Positions 14,001 through 28,222 of a stretch of DNA of 64,000 bases are shown piece by piece. This DNA comes from Eledone cirrhosa (Eukaryota), in NCBI GenBank assembly GCA_964016885.1, contig OZ024744.1, forward strand, positions 39,246,001 to 39,310,000, given 5' to 3'. The notes under the pieces are model-generated. The model was given only the letters and a program-made list of their open reading frames with translations. It searched no databases and had not been told where the DNA came from. The number at the start of each line of letters is the position of its first letter. Position 1 is the stretch's first letter. The translations under genes and the position numbers were made by a program.

Positions 14001-17000
14001 TAACTCTTCAATAGCAGGGGGTGATGGAGAGTGACAGTGTTAGATGGTAACTCTTCAATAGCAGGGGGTGGTGGAGAGTGTGACAGTGTTAGAAGGTAAC
14101 TCTTCAATAACAGGGGTGCTGGAGAGTGTGACAGTGTTAGAAGGTAACTCTTCAATAACAGGGGTGATGGAGAATGTGACAGTGTTAGAAGGTAACTCTT
14201 CAATAACAGGGGTGATGGAGAGTGTGACAGTGTTAGAAGGTAACTCTTCAATAACAGGGGTGATGGAGAGTGTGACAGTGTTAGAAGGTAACTCTTCAAT
14301 AGCAGGGGTGGTGGAGAGTGTGACATGTTAGAAGGTAACTCTTCAATAACAGGGGTGATGGAGAGTGTGACAGTATTAGAAGGTAACTCTTCAATAGCAG
14401 GGGTGATGGAGAGTGTGACAGTGTTAGAAGGTAACACTTCAATAACAGGGGTGATGGAGAGTGTGACAGTGTTAGAAGGTAACTCTTCAATAGCAGGGGG
14501 TGGTGGAGAGTGTGACAGTGTTAGAAGGTAACTCTTCAATAGCAGGGGGTGATGGAGAGTGTGACAGTGTTAGAAGGTAACTCTTCAATAACAGGGGTGA
14601 TGGAGAGTGTGACAGTGTTAGAAGGTAACTCTTCAATAACAGGGGTGATGGAGAGTGTGACAGTGTTAGAAGGTAACTCTTCAATAACAGGGGTGATGGA
14701 GAGTGTGACAGTGTTAGAAGGTAACTCTTCAATAACAGGGGTGATGGAGAGTGTGACAGTGTTAGAAGGTAACACTTCAATAACAGGGGTGATGGAGAGT
14801 GTGACAGTGTTAGAAGGTAACTCTTCAGTAACAGGGGGTGGTGGAGAGTGTGACAGTGTTAGAAGGTAACTCTTCAGTAACAGGGGTGATGGTGAGTGTG
14901 ACAGTGTTAGAAGGTAACTCTTCAGTAACAGGGGGTGGTGGAGAGTGTGACAGTGTTAGAAGGTAACTCTTCAATAGCAGGGGGTGATGGAGAGTGTGAC
15001 AGTGTTAGAAGGTAACACTTCAATAACAGGGGTGATGGAGACTGTGACAGTGTTAGAAGGTAACTCTTCAATAACAGGGGTGATGGAGAGTGTGACAGTG
15101 TTAGAATGTAACTCTTCAATAACAGGGGTGATGGAGAGTGTGACAGTGTTAGAAGGTAACTCTTTAATAACAGGGCTGATGGAGAGTGTGACCGTGTTAG
15201 AAGGTAACTCTTCAATAACAGGGGTGATGGAGAGTGTGACAGTGTTAGAAGGTAACTCTTCAATAACAGGGGTGATGGAGAGTGTGACAGTGTTAGAAGG
15301 TAACTCTTCAATAGCAGGGGGTGGTGGAGAGTGTGACAGTGTTAGAAGGTAACTCTTCAATAACAGGGGTGATGGAGAGTGTGACAGTGTTAGAAGGTAA
15401 CACTTCAATAACAGGGGTGATGGAGAGTGTGACAGTGTTAGAAGGTAACACTTCAATAACAGGGGTGATGGAGAGTGTGACAGTGTTAGAAGGTAACTCT
15501 TCAATAGCAGGGGTGATGGAGAGTGTGACTGTTAGAAGGTAACGCTTCAATAACAGGGGTGATGGAGAGTATGACAGTGTTAGAAGGTAACTCTTCAATA
15601 ACAGGGGTGATGGAGAGTGTGACAGTGTTAGAAGGTAACTCTTCAATAACAGGGGTGATGGAGAGTGTGACAGTGTTAGAAGGTAACTCTTCAATAGCAG
15701 GGGTGATGGAGAGGGTGACAGTGTTAGAAGGTAACTCTTCAATAACAGGGGTGATGGAGAGTGTGACAGTGTTAGAAGGTAACTCTTCAATAACAGGGGT
15801 GATGGAGAGTGTGACAGTGTTAGAAGGTAACTCTTCAATAACAGGGGTGATGGAGAGTGTGACAGTGTTAGAAGGTAACTCTTCAATAACAGGGGTGATG
15901 GAGAGTGTGACAGTGTTAGAAGGTAACTCTTCAATAACAGGGGTGATGGAGAGTGTGACAGTGTTAGAAGGTAACTCTTCAATAACAGGGGTGATGGAGA
16001 GTGTGACAGTGTTAGAAGGTAACTCTTCAATAACAGGGGTGAGGGAGAGTGTGACAGTGTTAGAAGGTAACTCTTCAATAACAGGGGTGATGGAGAGTGT
16101 GACAGTGTTAGAAGGTAACTCTTCAGTAACAGGGGGTGGTGGAGAGTGTGACAGTGTTAGAAGGTAACTCTTCAGTAACAGGGGGTGGTGGAGAGTGTGA
16201 CAGTGTTAGAAGGTAACACTTCAATAACGGGTGATGGAGAGTGTGACAGTGTTAGAAGGTAACTCTTCAATAACAGGGGTGATGGAGAGTGTGACAGTGT
16301 TAGAAGGTAACTCTTCAATAACAGGGGTGATGGAGAGTGTGACAGTGTTAGAAGGTAACTCTTCAATAACAGGGGTGATGGAGAGTGTGACAGTGTTAGA
16401 AGGTAACACTTCAATAACAGGGGTGATGGAGAGTGTGACAGTGTTAGAAGGTAACTCTTCAGTAACAGGGGGTGGTGGAGAGTGTGACAGTGTTAGAAGG
16501 TAACTCTTCAGTAACAGGGGTGATGGTGAGTGTGACAGTGTTAGAAGGTAACTCTTCAGTAACAGGGGGTGGTGGAGAGTGTGACAGTGTTAGAAGGTAA
16601 CTCTTCAATAGCAGGGGGTGATGGAGAGTGTGACAGTGTTAGAAGGTAACACTTCAATAACAGGGGTGATGGAGACTGTGACAGTGTTAGAAGGTAACTC
16701 TTCAATAACAGGGGTGATGGAGAGTGTGACAGTGTTAGAATGTAACTCTTCAATAACAGGGGTGATGGAGAGTGTGACAGTGTTAGAAGGTAACTCTTTA
16801 ATAACAGGGGTGATGGAGAGTGTGACCGTGTTAGAAGGTAACTCTTCAATAACAGGGGTGATGGAGAGTGTGACAGTGTTAGAAGGTAACTCTTCAATAA
16901 CTGGGGTGATGGAGACTGTGACAGTGTTAGAAGGTAACTCTTCAATAGCAGGGGGTGGTGGAGAGTGTGACAGTGTTAGAAGGTAACTCTTCAATAACAG

Positions 17001-20000
17001 GGGTGATGGAGAGTGTGACAGTGTTAGAAGGTAACACTTCAATAACAGGGGTGATGGAGAGTGTGACAGTGTTAGAAGGTAACACTTCAATAACAGGGGT
17101 GATGGAGAGTGTGACAGTGTTAGAAGGTAACTCTTCAATAGCAGGGGTGATGGAGAGTGTGACTGTTAGAAGGTAACGCTTCAATAACAGGGGTGATGGA
17201 GAGTATGACAGTGTTAGAAGGTAACTCTTCAATAACAGGGGTGATGGAGAGTGTGACAGTGTTAGAAGGTAACTCTTCAATAACAGGGGTGATGGAGAGT
17301 GTGACAGTGTTAGAAGGTAACTCTTCAATAGCAGGGGTGATGGAGAGGGTGACAGTGTTAGAAGGTAACTCTTCAATAGCAGGGGGTGATGGATAGTGTG
17401 ACAGTGTTAGAAGGTAACTCTTCAATAGCAGGGGGTGATGGAGAGTGTGACAGTGTTAGAAGGTAACTCTTCAATAGCAGGGGTGATGGAGAGGGTGACA
17501 GTGTTAGAAGGTAACTCTTCAATAGCAGGGGGTGATGGAGGGTATGACAGTGTTAGAAGGTAACTCTTCAATAGCAGGGGGTGATGGAGAGTATGACAGT
17601 GTTAGAAGGTAACTCTTCAATAACAGGGGGTGATGGAGAGTGTGACAGTGTTAGAAGGTAACACTTCAATAACAGGGGTGATGGAGAGTGTGACAGTGTT
17701 AGAAGGTAACTCTTCAATAACAGGGGTGATGGAGAGTGTGAGAGTGTTAGAAGGTAACTCTTCAATAGCAGGGTTGATGGAGAGTGTGACAGTGTTAGAA
17801 GGTAACTCTTCAATAACAGGGGTGATGGAGAGTGTGACAGTGTTAGAAGGTAACTCTTCAATAGCAGGGGTGATGGTGAGTGTGACAGTGTTAGAAGGTA
17901 ACTCTTCAATAACAGGGGGGCTGGAGAGTGTGACAGTGTTAGAAGGTAACTCTTCAATAACAGGGGTGCTGGAGAGTGTGACAGTGTTAGAAGGTAACTC
18001 TTCAATAACAGGGGTGCTGGAGAGTGTGACAGTGTTAGAAGGTAACTCTTCAATAGCAGGGGGTGGTGGAGAGTGTGACAGTGTTAGAAGGTAACTCTTC
18101 AATAGCAGGGGTGGTGGAGAGTGTGACAGTGTTAGAAGGTAACTCTTCAATAGCAGGGGTGGTGGAGAGTGTGACAGTGTTAGAAGGTAACTCTTCAATA
18201 GCAGGGGGTGGTGGAGAGTGTGACAGTGTTAGAAGGTAACTCTTCAATAGCAGGGGTGGTGGAGAGTGTGACAGTGTTAGAAGGTAACTCTTCAATAGCA
18301 GGGGTGGTGGAGAGTGTGACAGTGTTAGAAGGTAACTCTTCAATAGCAGGGGTGGTGGAGAGTGTGACAGTGTTAGAAGGTAACTCTTCAATAACAGGGG
18401 TGGTGGAGAGTGTGACAGTGTTAGAAGGTAACTCTTCAATAACAGGGGGGCTGGAGAGTGTGACAGTGTTAGAAGGTAACTCTTCAATAACAGGGGTGAT
18501 GGAGAGTGTGACAGTGTTAGAAGGTAACTCTTCAATAACAGGGGTGATGGAGAGTGTGACAGTGTTAGAAGGTAACACTTCAATAGCAGGGGTGATGGAG
18601 AGTGTGACAGTGTTAGAAGGTAACTCTTCAATAGCAGGGGTGATGGAGAGTGTGACAGTGTTAGAAGGTAACTCTTCAGTAACAGGGGGTGGTGGAGAGT
18701 GTGACAGTGTTAGAAGGTAACTCTTCAATAGCAGGGGTGATGGAGAGTGTGACAGTGTTAGAAGGTAACTCTTCAATAACAGGGGGTGATGGAGAGTGTG
18801 ACAGTGTTAGAAGGTAACACTTCAATAGCAGGGGTGATGGAGAGTGTGACAGTGTTAGAAGGTAACTCTTCAATAACAGGGGTGATGGAGAGTGTGACAG
18901 TGTTAGAAGGTAACTCTTCAATAGCAGGGGGTGATGGAGAGTGTGACAGTGTTAGAAGGTAACTCTTCAATAGCAGGGGGTGGTGGAGAGTGTGACAGTG
19001 TTAGAAAGTAACTCTTCAATAACAGGGGTGCTGGAGAGTGTGACAGTGTTAGAAGGTAACTCTTCAATAACAGGGGTGATGGAGAGTGTGACAGTGTTAG
19101 AAGGTAACTCTTCAATAACAGGGGTGATGGAGAGTGTGACAGTGTTAGAAGGTAACTCTTCAATAACAGGGGTGATGGAGAGTGTGACAGTGTTAGAAGG
19201 TAACTCTTCAATAACAGGGGTGATGGAGAGTGTGACAGTGTTAGAAGGTAACTCTTCAATAGCAGGGGTGGTGGAGAGTGTGACATGTTAGAAGGTAACT
19301 CTTCAATAACAGGGGTGATGGAGAGTGTGACAGTGTTAGAAGGTAACTCTTCAATAGCAGGGGTGATGGAGAGTGTGACAGTGTTAGAAGGTAACACTTC
19401 AATAACAGGGGTGATGGAGAGTGTGACAGTGTTAGAAGGTAACTCTTCAATAGCAGGGGGTGGTGGAGAGTGTGACAGTGTTAGAAGGTAACTCTTCAAT
19501 AGCAGGGGGTGATGGAGAGTGTGACAGTGTTAGAAGGTAACTCTTCAATAACAGGGGTGATGGAGAGTGTGACAGTGTTAGAAGGTAACTCTTCAATAAC
19601 AGGGGTGATGGAGAGTGTGACAGTGTTAGAAGGTAACTCTTCAATAACAGGGGTGATGGAGAGTGTGACAGTGTTAGAAGGTAACTCTTCAATAACAGGG
19701 GTGATGGAGAGTGTGACAGTGTTAGAAGGTAACACTTCAATAACAGGGGTGATGGAGAGTGTGACAGTGTTAGAAGGTAACTCTTCAGTAACAGGGGGTG
19801 GTGGAGAGTGTGACAGTGTTAGAAGGTAACACTTCAATAACAGGGGTGATGGAGAGTGTGACAGTGTTAGAAGGTAACTCTTCAATAACAGGGGTGATGG
19901 AGAGTGTGACAGTGTTAGAAGTTAACTCTTCAATAACAGGGGTGATGGAGAGTGTGACAGTGTTAGAAGGTAACTCTTTAATAACAGGCGTGATGGAGAG

Positions 20001-23000
20001 TGTGACAGTGTTAGAAGGTAACTCTTCAATAACAGGGGTGATGGAGAGTGTGACAGTGCTAGAAGGTAACTCTTCAATAACAGGGGTGATGGAGAGTGTG
20101 ACAGTGTTAGAAGGTAACTCTTCAATAACAGGGGTGATGGAGAGTGTGACAGTGTTAGAAGGTAACTCTTCAATAACAGGGGTGATGGAGAGTGTGACAG
20201 TGTTAGAAGGTAACTCTTCAATAACAGGGGTGATGGAGAGTGTGACAGTGTTAGAAGGTAACTCTTCAGTAACAGGGGGTGGTGGAGAGTGTGACAGTGT
20301 TAGAAGGTAACTCTTCAGTAACAGGTGGTGGTGGAGAGTGTGACAGTGTTAGAAGGTAACACTTCAATAACAGGGGTGATGGAGAGTGTGACAGTGTTAG
20401 AAGGTAACTCTTCAATAACAGGGGTGATGGAGAGTGTGACAGTGTTAGAAGGTAACTCTTCAATAACAGGGGTGATGGAGAGTGTGACAGTGTTAGAAGG
20501 TAACTCTTCAATAACAGGGGTGATGGAGAGTGTGACAGTGTTAGAAGGTAACACTTCAATAACAGGGGTGATGGAGAGTGTGACAGTGTTAGAAGGTAAC
20601 TCTTCAGTAACAGGGGGTGGTGGAGAGTGTGACAGTGTTAGAAGGTAACACTTCAATAACAGGGGTGATGGAGACTGTGACAGTGTTAGAAGGTAACTCT
20701 TCAATAACAGGGGTGATGGAGAGTGTGACAGTGTTAGAATGTAACTCTTCAATAACAGGGGTGATGGAGAGTGTGACAGTGTTAGAAGGTAACTCTTTAA
20801 TAACAGGGGTGATGGAGAGTGTGACCGTGTTAGAAGGTAACTCTTCAATAACAGGGGTGATGGAGAGTGTGACAGTGTTAGAAGGTAACTCTTCAATAAC
20901 AGGGGTGATGGAGAGTGTGACAGTGTTAGAAGGTAACTCTTCAATAACAGGGGTGATGGAGAGTGTGACAGTGTTAGAAGGTAACACTTCAATAACAGGG
21001 GTGATGGAGAGTGTGACAGTGTTAGAAGGTAACTCTTCAGTAACAGGGGGTGGTGGAGAGTGTGACAGTGTTAGAAGGTAACACTTCAATAACAGGGGTG
21101 ATGGAGAGTGTGACAGTGTTAGAAGGTAACTCTTCAATAACAGGGGTGATGGAGAGTGTGACAGTGTTAGAAGGTAACTCTTCAATAACAGGGGTGATGG
21201 AGAGTGTGACAGTGTTAGAAGGTAACTCTTTAATAACAGGCGTGATGGAGAGTGTGACAGTGTTAGAAGGTAACTCTTCAATAACAGGGGTGATGGAGAG
21301 TGTGACAGTGCTAGAAGGTAACTCTTCAATAACAGGGGTGATGGAGAGTGTGACAGTGTTAGAAGGTAACTCTTCAATAACAGGGGTGATGGAGAGTGTG
21401 ACAGTGTTAGAAGGTAACTCTTCAATAACAGGGGTGATGGAGAGTGTGACAGTGTTAGAAGGTAACTCTTCAATAACAGGGGTGATGGAGAGTGTGACAG
21501 TGTTAGAAGGTAACTCTTCAATAACAGGGGTGATGGAGAGTGTGACAGTGTTAGAAGGTAACTCTTCAATAACAGGGGGTGGTGGAGAGTGTGACAGTGT
21601 TAGAAGGTAACTCTTCAGTAACAGGGGGTGGTGGAGAGTGTGACAGTGTTAGAAGGTAACACTTCAATAACAGGGGTGATGGAGAGTGTGACAGTGTTAG
21701 AAGGTAACTCTTCAATAACAGGGGTGAGGGAGAGTGTGACAGTGTTAGAAGGTAACTCTTCAATAGCAGGGGTGGTGGAGAGTGTGACATGTTAGAAGGT
21801 AACTCTTCAATAACAGGGGTGATGGAGAGTGTGACAGTGTTAGAAGGTAACTCTTCAATAGCAGGGGTGATGGAGAGTGTGACAGTGTTAGAAGGTAACA
21901 CTTCAATAACAGGGGTGATGGAGAGTGTGACAGTGTTAGAAGGTAACTCTTCAATAGCAGGGGGTGGTGGAGAGTGTGACAGTGTTAGAAGGTAACTCTT
22001 CAATAGCAGGGGGTGATGGAGAGTGTGACAGTGTTAGAAGGTAACTCTTCAATAACAGGGGTGATGGAGAGTGTGACAGTGTTAGAAGGTAACTCTTCAA
22101 TAACAGGGGTGATGGAGAGTGTGACAGTGTTAGAAGGTAACTCTTCAATAACAGGGGTGATGGAGAGTGTGACAGTGTTAGAAGGTAACTCTTCAATAAC
22201 AGGGGTGATGGAGAGTGTGACAGTGTTAGAAGGTAACACTTCAATAACAGGGGTGATGGAGAGTGTGACAGTGTTAGAAGGTAACTCTTCAGTAACAGGG
22301 GGTGGTGGAGAGTGTGACAGTGTTAGAAGGTAACACTTCAATAACAGGGGTGATGGAGAGTGTGACAGTGTTAGAAGGTAACTCTTCAATAACAGGGGTG
22401 ATGGAGAGTGTGACAGTGTTAGAAGGTAACTCTTCAATAACAGGGGTGATGGAGAGTGTGACAGTGTTAGAAGGTAACTCTTTAATAACAGGCGTGATGG
22501 AGAGTGTGACAGTGTTAGAAGGTAACTCTTCAATAACAGGGGTGATGGAGAGTGTGACAGTGCTAGAAGGTAACTCTTCAATAACAGGGGTGATGGAGAG
22601 TGTGACAGTGTTAGAAGGTAACTCTTCAATAACAGGGGTGATGGAGAGTGTGACAGTGTTAGAAGGTAACTCTTCAATAACAGGGGTGATGGAGAGTGTG
22701 ACAGTGTTAGAAGGTAACTCTTCAATAACAGGGGTGATGGAGAGTGTGACAGTGTTAGAAGGTAACTCTTCAATAACAGGGGTGATGGAGAGTGTGACAG
22801 TGTTAGAAGGTAACTCTTCAGTAACAGGGGGTGGTGGAGAGTGTGACAGTGTTAGAAGGTAACTCTTCAGTAACAGGGGGTGGTGGAGAGTGTGACAGTG
22901 TTAGAAGGTAACACTTCAATAACAGGGGTGATGGAGAGTGTGACAGTGTTAGAAGGTAACTCTTCAATAACAGGGGTGATGGAGAGTGTGACAGTGTTAG

Positions 23001-26000
23001 AAGGTAACTCTTCAATAACAGGGGTGATGGAGAGTGTGACAGTGTTAGAAGGTAACTCTTCAATAACAGGGGTGATGGAGAGTGTGACAGTGTTAGAAGG
23101 TAACACTTCAATAACAGGGGTGATGGAGAGTGTGACAGTGTTAGAAGGTAACTCTTCAGTAACAGGGGGTGGTGGAGAGTGTGACAGTGTTAGAAGGTAA
23201 CACTTCAATAACAGGGGTGATGGAGACTGTGACAGTGTTAGAAGGTAACTCTTCAATAACAGGGGTGATGGAGAGTGTGACAGTGTTAGAATGTAACTCT
23301 TCAATAACAGGGGTGATGGAGAGTGTGACAGTGTTAGAAGGTAACTCTTTAATAACAGGGGTGATGGAGAGTGTGACCGTGTTAGAAGGTAACTCTTCAA
23401 TAACAGGGGTGATGGAGAGTGTGACAGTGTTAGAAGGTAACTCTTCAATAACAGGGGTGATGGAGAGTGTGACAGTGTTAGAAGGTAACTCTTCAATAAC
23501 AGGGGTGATGGAGAGTGTGACAGTGTTAGAAGGTAACTCTTCAATAACAGGGGTGATGGAGAGTGTGACAGTGTTAGAAGGTAACTCTTCAATAACAGGG
23601 GTGATGGAGAGTGTGACAGTGTTAGAAGGTAACACTTCAATAACAGGGGTGATGGAGAGTGTGACAGTGTTAGAAGGTAACTCTTCAATAACAGGGGTGA
23701 TGGAGAGTGTGACAGTGTTAGAAGGTAACTCTTCAATAACAGGGGTGATGGAGAGTATGACAGTGTTAGAAGGTAACTCTTCAATAACAGGGGTGATGGA
23801 GAGTGTGACAGTGTTAGAAGGTAACTCTTCAATAACAGGGGTGATGGAGAGTGTGACAGTGTTAGAAGGTAACTCTTCAATAACAGGGGTGATGGAGAGT
23901 ATGACAGTGTTAGAAGGTAACTCTTCAATAACAGGGGTGATGGAGAGTGTGACAGTGTTAGAAGGTAACTCTTCAATAACAGGGGTGATGGAGAGTGTGA
24001 CAGTGTTAGAAGGTAACTCTTCAATAACAGGGGTGATGGAGAGTGTGACAGTGTTAGAAGGTAACTCTTCAATAGCAGGGGTGGTGGAGAGTGTGACATG
24101 TTAGAAGGTAACTCTTCAATAACAGGGGTGATGGAGAGTGTGACAGTGTTAGAAGGTAACTCTTCAATAGCAGGGGTGATGGAGAGTGTGACAGTGTTAG
24201 AAGGTAACACTTCAATAACAGGGGTGATGGAGAGTGTGACAGTGTTAGAAGGTAACTCTTCAATAGCAGGGGGTGGTGGAGAGTGTGACAGTGTTAGAAG
24301 GTAACTCTTCAATAGCAGGGGGTGATGGAGAGTGTGACAGTGTTAGAAGGTAACTCTTCAATAACAGGGGTGATGGAGAGTGTGACAGTGTTAGAAGGTA
24401 ACTCTTCAATAACAGGGGTGATGGAGAGTGTGACAGTGTTAGAAGGTAACTCTTCAATAACAGGGGTGATGGAGAGTGTGACAGTGTTAGAAGGTAACTC
24501 TTCAATAACAGGGGTGATGGAGAGTGTGACAGTGTTAGAAGGTAACACTTCAATAACAGGGGTGATGGAGAGTGTGACAGTGTTAGAAGGTAACTCTTCA
24601 GTAACAGGGGGTGGTGGAGAGTGTGACAGTGTTAGAAGGTAACACTTCAATAACAGGGGTGATGGAGAGTGTGACAGTGTTAGAAGGTAACTCTTCAATA
24701 ACAGGGGTGATGGAGAGTGTGACAGTGTTAGAAGGTAACTCTTCAATAACAGGGGTGATGGAGAGTGTGACAGTGTTAGAAGGTAACTCTTCAATAACAG
24801 GGGTGATGGAGAGTGTGACAGTGTTAGAAGGTAACTCTTCAATAACAGGGGTGATGGAGAGTGTGACAGTGTTAGTAGGTAACTCTTCAATATCAGGGGT
24901 GATGGAGAGTGTGACAGTGTTAGAAGGTAACTCTTCAATAACAGGGGTGATGGAGAGTGTGACAGTGTTAGAAGGTAACACTTCAATAACAGGGGGTGAT
25001 GGAGAGTGTGACAGTGTTAGAAGGTAACTCTTCAATAACAGGGGTGCTGGTGAGTGTGACAGTGTTAGAAGGTAACTCTTCAATAACAGGGGTGATGGAG
25101 AGTATGACAGTGTTAGAAGGTAACTCTTCAATAACAGGGGTGATGGAGAGTGTGACAGTGTTAGAAGGTAACTCTTCAATAACAGGGGTGATGGAGAGTG
25201 TGACAGTGTTAGAAGGTAACTCTTCAATAACAGGGGTGATGGAGAGTATGACAGTGTTAGAAGGTAACTCTTCAATAACAGGGGTGATGGAGAGTGTGAC
25301 AGTGTTAGAAGGTAACTCTTCAATAACAGGGGTGATGGAGAGTGTGACAGTGTTAGAAGGTAACTCTTCAATAACAGGGGTGATGGAGAGTGTGACAGTG
25401 TTAGAAGGTAACTCTTCAATAGCAGGGGTGGTGGAGAGTGTGACATGTTAGAAGGTAACTCTTCAATAACAGGGGTGATGGAGAGTGTGACAGTGTTAGA
25501 AGGTAACTCTTCAATAGCAGGGGTGATGGAGAGTGTGACAGTGTTAGAAGGTAACACTTCAATAACAGGGGTGATGGAGAGTGTGACAGTGTTAGAAGGT
25601 AACTCTTCAATAGCAGGGGGTGGTGGAGAGTGTGACAGTGTTAGAAGGTAACTCTTCAATAGCAGGGGGTGATGGAGAGTGTGACAGTGTTAGAAGGTAA
25701 CTCTTCAATAACAGGGGTGATGGAGAGTGTGACAGTGTTAGAAGGTAACTCTTCAATAACAGGGGTGATGGAGAGTGTGACAGTGTTAGAAGGTAACTCT
25801 TCAATAACAGGGGTGATGGAGAGTGTGACAGTGTTAGAAGGTAACTCTTCAATAACAGGGGTGATGGAGAGTGTGACAGTGTTAGAAGGTAACACTTCAA
25901 TAACAGGGGTGATGGAGAGTGTGACAGTGTTAGAAGGTAACTCTTCAGTAACAGGGGGTGGTGGAGAGTGTGACAGTGTTAGAAGGTAACACTTCAATAA

Positions 26001-26880
26001 CAGGGGTGATGGAGAGTGTGACAGTGTTAGAAGGTAACTCTTCAATAACAGGGGTGATGGAGAGTGTGACAGTGTTAGAAGGTAACTCTTCAATAACAGG
26101 GGTGATGGAGAGTGTGACAGTGTTAGAAGGTAACTCTTCAATAACAGGGGTGATGGAGAGTGTGACAGTGTTAGAAGGTAACTCTTCAATAACAGGGGTG
26201 ATGGAGAGTGTGACAGTGTTAGTAGGTAACTCTTCAATATCAGGGGTGATGGAGAGTGTGACAGTGTTAGAAGGTAACTCTTCAATAACAGGGGTGATGG
26301 AGAGTGTGACAGTGTTAGAAGGTAACACTTCAATAACAGGGGGTGATGGAGAGTGTGACAGTGTTAGAAGGTAACTCTTCAATAACAGGGGTGCTGGTGA
26401 GTGTGACAGTGTTAGAACGTAACTCTTCAATAGCAGGGGTGATGGAGAGTGTGACATGTTAGAAGGTAACACTTCAATAACAGGGGTGATGGAGAGTGTG
26501 ACAGTGTTAGAAGGTAACTCTTCAATAACAGGGGTGAGGGAGAGTGTGACAGTGTTAGAAGGTAACTCTTCAATAACAGGGGTGCTGGAGAGTGTGACAG
26601 TGTTAGAAGGTAACTCTTCAATAACAGGGGTGCTGGAGAGTGTGACAGTGTTAGAAGGTAACTCTTCAATAACAGGGGTGCTGGAGAGTGTGACAGTGTT
26701 AGAAGGTAACTCTTCAATAACAGGGGTGCTGGAGAGTGTGACAGTGTTAGAAGGTAACTCTTCAGTAACAGGGGGTGGTGGAGAGTGTGACAGTGTTAGA
26801 AGGTAACTCTTCAATAACAGGGGTGATGGAGAGTGTGACAGTGTTAGGGTAGCAATGTTGGAAGGTAACTCTTCAGTAAT
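5027..26880. repeat. 48-bp tandem satellite, ~455 units (~21.8 kb)
   Basis: Consensus GTGACAGTGTTAGAAGGTAACTCTTCAATAACAGGGGTGATGGAGAGT; 49-bp (G5) and 46-bp (gacatgtt, gactgtt) variants; degenerate edge units at ~4950-5030 and ~26850-26905. Confidence 0.99.
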
Positions 26881-28029
26881 ATGAAAACGTGGAGAGAGTG
26901 TGGCAAATATATTTTATAAGAGTCAAGTTTGTATTATCTAATTTCATTAGTGTGTAGAGAGAATTATTAACACCACAAAGTTTCATTGATTGCAATGGTA
27001 AAACAGATTTTAATGTTAGCTACTGATGAAATACTGCAGTTGTAAATTTTATAATAGGAATTAACCTTAAAAATTGTGTTACAATTAAAAAAAAAAAATC
27101 AAGACATTTTGTTCTATGCAGTTTCTTATTAAACTGCTATTGCTAATGAAAGAATTCCTTTATTAACTAGTTGTCCTAAATAAAAAGTGATACTTGCTTG
27201 ACAAGCAACAAATGCTGATAACTGTAGTCCTTCATTTGATATTTTCTTACTGTAAATTTAAAAAAAAAATGATAGTTTGTTGCAAATTTTAGTTTATTAC
27301 AGGCCAATGTTTCAGAACTACCAACCTCTAGAAACCCAAATGGGGAGTACCATAAAAAAGTGACCCAAAATGGGGAGATTTTACATAATGAAAGCTATAA
27401 CTATTTTCACAATAGAAGACATCTCTCACCCATCCCAATGTGGGTGGGAGATCTTCCTGTTCAATGGGGAGAGTTGACAGGGCTAATGTTTTTATGTTTA
27501 GCGAAAGAAACATTCGTTGTTAAATCAGGTATTTGATCTTATATTTCAACACTGCATATTTTACATAAAGTTTTATTGCTATTTTGTTTTATTTCTCTCA
27601 CTCAATGTGAAAATTGTGAATTGGTTAACCAGTATTTTAAAAACTTTTAAAATATTTTGATCTCTTGTTCATCTTATATTGCTTTTTTTTTTCAATTAAG
27701 AGATTCATACAAAAAAATACATATATTCAGTCACATGGCAGAAGTGTGAACAATTTATGTCAAAACCTTCTAGATAACTCTATTATACCCAGGAGGGGTG
27801 GGGCGAGTCTATGTGGTTGCCTAACATGCTAGAAATAACAGTCAAATATTCGTCAATCTCCACCCAACTTCCATGAATAAATTGTCTTTCAAACAAATGT
27901 TTAGAAAAGAAGACTTGTTTTGTAAGAATCATTAATTTAATATAAATAAACATACTCACTCTACTTTATTAACTGAGTGCTTTGTCTTAAATTGTGTTTT
28001 TCACTATTTAAAATGGGGACAATTAACAT

Positions 28030-28170
28030 GGTTGTGTGGTTAAGGAGTTCATTTCAGAATTAAGTGGTTCCCCCTTCACTACCACTGCATGGTACCTTGG
28101 GAAAGTATCTTCTACTTTAGCTTTGAGTTGGTCAATGCCTTGTGAAGGAAATTTGTTCAATGGAAACTGC
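28030..28170 (+). mobile_element. Degenerate SINE-like dispersed repeat
   Basis: tgtggttaaggagttc...cactgcatggtaccttggg...aatgccttgtg; related copies at ~1025-1075, ~1340-1385, ~30925-31095 and ~49487-49635. Confidence 0.55.
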
Positions 28171-28222
28171 GAATGTCTATATCTTGTGTGTATGTGTATT
28201 TACATGTGTGTGTATCTGTGTT

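Noticed and set aside
4739-26814. Dozens of long ORFs (up to 769 aa) as a mucin- or antigen-like gene
   Set aside because: They arise from a 48-bp unit that is stop-free in three frames; frequent frameshifting units and no synonymous bias. Kept only as a low-level finding.
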